DNA of 19,979 nt, taken from the NCBI GenBank assembly GCA_040377305.1, contig JBEIPA010000049.1, positions 1 through 19,979 of the forward strand, read 5' to 3'. The position numbers and the translations under genes are program-made. Source of the DNA: Flavobacteriales bacterium. Its GTDB lineage: Bacteria > Bacteroidota > Bacteroidia > Palsa-965. Within the stretch, counting starts at the first letter, position 1; every line of letters begins with the position of its first letter. A model generated the notes under the pieces. It saw only the letters and a list, made by a program, of their open reading frames with translations, did not search any database and was not told the origin of the DNA. Shown one piece after another: positions 17,213 to 19,979 of this stretch.

Positions 17213-17995
17213 TTAATGGACTACTGAAAAGCTTTGATTGGATACTTCACCGTCTGATGTTACGCGAATAAAATATCTACCATTCGGATAACCATCAGTT
17301 ACAATTTCTTTTCTGAAAAGACCCGGAGCAGTTTGAGCATTGTAAACTACCTCAACGATCTCTCCGAGTATATTTACAACTTCCAGTTTAATCATTGCTG
17401 CTTTCGTAACATCCAATTCGATCTGCACGCTTGCATTTGCCGGATTTGGGAAAGCCTTAAATGAAGAAATGAATCCAGGCAATGTATTGACTCCGGTTGC
17501 AAAAAGATTCAGAATGGAATCGCGCATAATTGTAGTGTCGCTCACGGTGATGTTTTGTGTAGAGAACATAACACGATGATCAAGTCCACCTAACAAAACG
17601 ACAGTTGGCATACCGAAACCGCCATAATAGGCAACGGAAGCGGCACCGCTATCCATTGGTGCGTAGAAATTTAAATTGTTGTTGGTTACCCAAGACTGAG
17701 AGTAAGCGCAAGTGGTTGTATTCTGAAATGGGAAAGCGTAACCTGTTACCATTCCCGGATACGTGCTCATCACGTTGTTGACCATCGATTGAATTCGCAA
17801 GGCATGCGGCGGGCATGAACCACAGTTCGGCATATAATAAAATAGCACGACAGCTTTTCCTGCATTCAGGTCCGCGAACACGTCCATGGCATTGCCATTG
17901 CAGTCAAGTCCGCTCATCTGCATAGCAGTAGTTTGTCCATTCAGGGAAACTATTCCGAGAACAAAAGAGAATAGAGCAAGTAGTTGTTTTTTCAT
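17213..17995 (-). CDS. Thioredoxin-like (CxxC) protein with T9SS type A sorting domain
   Basis: Likely start is MKKQLL at 17995; signal peptide LNG-Q. GKAVVLFYYMPNCGSCPP and cis-Pro loop GMPTVVL are redoxin-like; CTD AFPNPA...NILGE...GRYFIRV. Confidence 0.85.
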   Translation of the reverse strand: MKKQLLALFSFVLGIVSLNGQTTAMQMSGLDCNGNAMDVFADLNAGKAVVLFYYMPNCGSCPPHALRIQSMVNNVMSTYPGMVTGYAFPFQNTTTCAYSQSWVTNNNLNFYAPMDSGAASVAYYGGFGMPTVVLLGGLDHRVMFSTQNITVSDTTIMRDSILNLFATGVNTLPGFISSFKAFPNPANASVQIELDVTKAAMIKLEVVNILGEIVEVVYNAQTAPGLFRKEIVTDGYPNGRYFIRVTSDGEVSNQSFSVVH

Positions 17996-18485
17996 TTTGG
18001 TTTGGAATATTGAGTGATTCAAATTTACGATGTATTCTGTGATGCGGGTCTACATTAAAGCTGATTTTCAGCAGGTTATCATTCATTCGTCAGCGGTCTT
18101 GTTAAATGCAATAGATGCGTAATCAAGGAGTTCTGTTTAACGATCATCATTTGATTTTATTACGCATTATTATTCCTCACCTCCTCGCAACTGCAGCCAC
18201 GTCAATTACACAGTTGAGTTTTTCCGTATGCTCAATGGCGAGTAGACATTCATAACAAGATCACTTCGGTTCCAGACAGCATTAAACACATTCTAATTGT
18301 TGACTTCGTTGTAACGAAACTTCCCCATAAGCGGAAATCTGTTCCTGCTCTTGAACCTGCAATACTTTCGTTGAATAGGAGGGCGTTGGTACAGTGAACT
18401 CTTTTGGCCCTACACACCACTTAGGCATGATTATATAATCTCTGTCTGATGTGTGAAACTTCATTCACTCTTAAAAACTACACGA

Positions 18486-18791
18486 ATGGACAACCAAAAA
18501 TGTATTGACGCTTGTTTAGCATGCGTTGCAATTTGTGAAACATGTTTGACAAGTTGCATCAACGATGGTCGTAAGGAATGTGCTGCACTCTGCCGCGATT
18601 GCGCAGACATTTGTGCGTTGTGTGCAAGACTTTGTGCCAGAGATTCACAATATTCAAATGACTTGAGAACTTTATGTGCAAAAGTGTGTAACGAGTGTGC
18701 TGAAGAATGCGCTAAGCATGCAGCTCATCATGAGAGTTGCAAAGCTTGTGCTGAGGCTTGCAAAGAGTGTGCGGAAGCTTGCGCGAACTAA
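18486..18791 (+). CDS. Cys-rich four-helix-bundle copper storage protein (Csp3/DUF326-like)
   Basis: 101 aa from ATG 18486 with 21 Cys in alternating CxxxC/CxxC spacing, a CAKH..HH.SC motif and no signal peptide. Confidence 0.92.
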   Translation: MDNQKCIDACLACVAICETCLTSCINDGRKECAALCRDCADICALCARLCARDSQYSNDLRTLCAKVCNECAEECAKHAAHHESCKACAEACKECAEACAN

Positions 18792-18828
18792 ACTATAAAA
18801 GGGAGGCTTTAAGCCTCCCTTTTATAGT
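18792..18828. terminator. Bidirectional intrinsic terminator
   Basis: Perfect 18-bp IR ACTATAAAAGGGAGGCTT/AAGCCTCCCTTTTATAGT between convergent genes, with T-tracts on both strands. Confidence 0.9.
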
Positions 18829-18842
18829 CAATCACAAAATTA

Positions 18843-19979
18843 TCACCACGTCTTCTTCTTCCGCTCCACATACTCTTCAATCGCTTTCTTTCCGAACGTA
18901 TGAAATACAACCGGAGTTACGATCATATCCATGAGTGTGCTGCTGATCAAGCCGCCGAGGATAACAACAGCAACCGGATACAGAATTTCTTTTCCTGAAG
19001 CCTGTGCGTCGAGTGTAAGCGGAATCAACGCCAGCGCCGCAACAAGTGCAGTCATTAATACGGGAACGAGACGTTCGAGTGAACCGCGAATGATCATCTG
19101 ACGATTAAATGTTTCTCCTTCGTGTTCTACAAGATGGATGTAGTGCGAGATCATCATGATTCCGTTGCGGGATGCAATTCCGGTGAGCGTGACAAATCCA
19201 ACGAGCGTCGCAACCGAGAAGGTTCCGCCTGTAAGTGTCACCGCGATTACACTACCAATTAATGCCAGCGGAATGTTCAGCATAATCTGAGTTACAATTC
19301 TCCAGGAGCGGAAATGACTGAACAACACGACGAAAATTCCTGCGACCGCAAACAAACCAAGAAACATAATCATACGCGAAGCGCTCTGTTGACTTTCGAA
19401 TTGTCCACCGTATTCCACGAAATACCCTTGTGGCAGTGATACATCTTTCGCGATCCTCTCCTGAATTTCTTTCACCGCACTTCCTAAGTCGCGATCCTGG
19501 ACGTTACACGAAATCACAATACGCCGCTGCGCATTCTCATGAGAGATCGTGTTAATTGTTGTTGTCGTATCAATGTCGGCAATCTGCTCCAGTGGAATGA
19601 GTGTACCATCGCCAGTGTGAATTTGAGTGTTGCGGATGTTTTCAATATTAGTTCGTTCAGCATCGGTAGCCCGCAGAAGAATATCAAATGTTTGTTGCCC
19701 GTCAATGATTTGTCCGGTAACTTTTCCGTTGTAAAACACTTCGAGGTCTTCAGCCACTTTACCGGATTGCAATCCATACCGCTTCAGCGCTTCGCGATCA
19801 ATTCGGATGAGCAACTCGGGAACCATCACCTGCTTCTCGACTTGAACATCTACAACGCCTTCGATTTCTTCTATCGTATTTTTAATGTCTGTGGAAGAAC
19901 TTCTTAGTAAGGCGAGATCGTTTCAGGATAGCTTAATGGCAACCTGTGCGCGTACACCCGATAGCAAGTGATCGAGTCG
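18843..19979 (-). CDS. CusA/CzcA-family heavy-metal efflux RND permease, C-terminal part (5' end outside window; in-frame TGA at 19923-19925)
   Basis: RLDHLLSGVRAQVAIKL, ISHENAQRRIVI, LPQGYFVEYGGQFE, NIPLALIG, GFVTLTGIASRNGIMM, ERLVPVLMTAL, PVAVVILGGL. The same frame continues to the window end apart from one stop. Confidence 0.9.

Noticed and set aside
18023-18485. Small gene or metal riboswitch in the long intergenic region before the Csp3-like gene
   Set aside because: The 60-aa ORFs have no recognisable motifs, and I could not see a convincing structure or operator.
19923-19925. TGA recoded as Gly, Trp or Sec
   Set aside because: TGA terminates other genes in this window and no other long ORF shows an internal TGA.

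Overview
Bacteroidota genomic window (TAnnTTTG -7 promoter boxes, three proteins with type IX secretion C-terminal domains). In order: a 110-bp tandem repeat with REP-like hairpins; proC divergent from mutS, with a 20-bp inverted repeat between them; an ArsR-led SRPBCC/SRPBCC/DoxX/SRPBCC operon with a double operator; a signalling cluster (stand-alone PP2C/SpoIIE phosphatase, HTH-plus-helical-repeat hypothetical protein coupled to a single-domain response regulator, convergent CHASE-GAF-like-PAS histidine kinase); a TerB-like gene; a tRNA-Gly(GCC)/tRNA-Leu(TAA) unit; a T9SS beta-propeller-like protein; and a copper/heavy-metal cluster (T9SS multicopper oxidase, T9SS CxxC protein, Cys-rich Csp3-like protein, partial CusA/CzcA RND permease with an in-frame TGA). 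The most unusual signal is that both tRNA genes have a neighbouring partial copy associated with palindromic DNA: a ~125-bp nested-palindrome element next to tRNA-Leu and an 18-bp palindrome in a tRNA-Gly D-loop copy. Product calls rest on motif recognition only; no searches were run.
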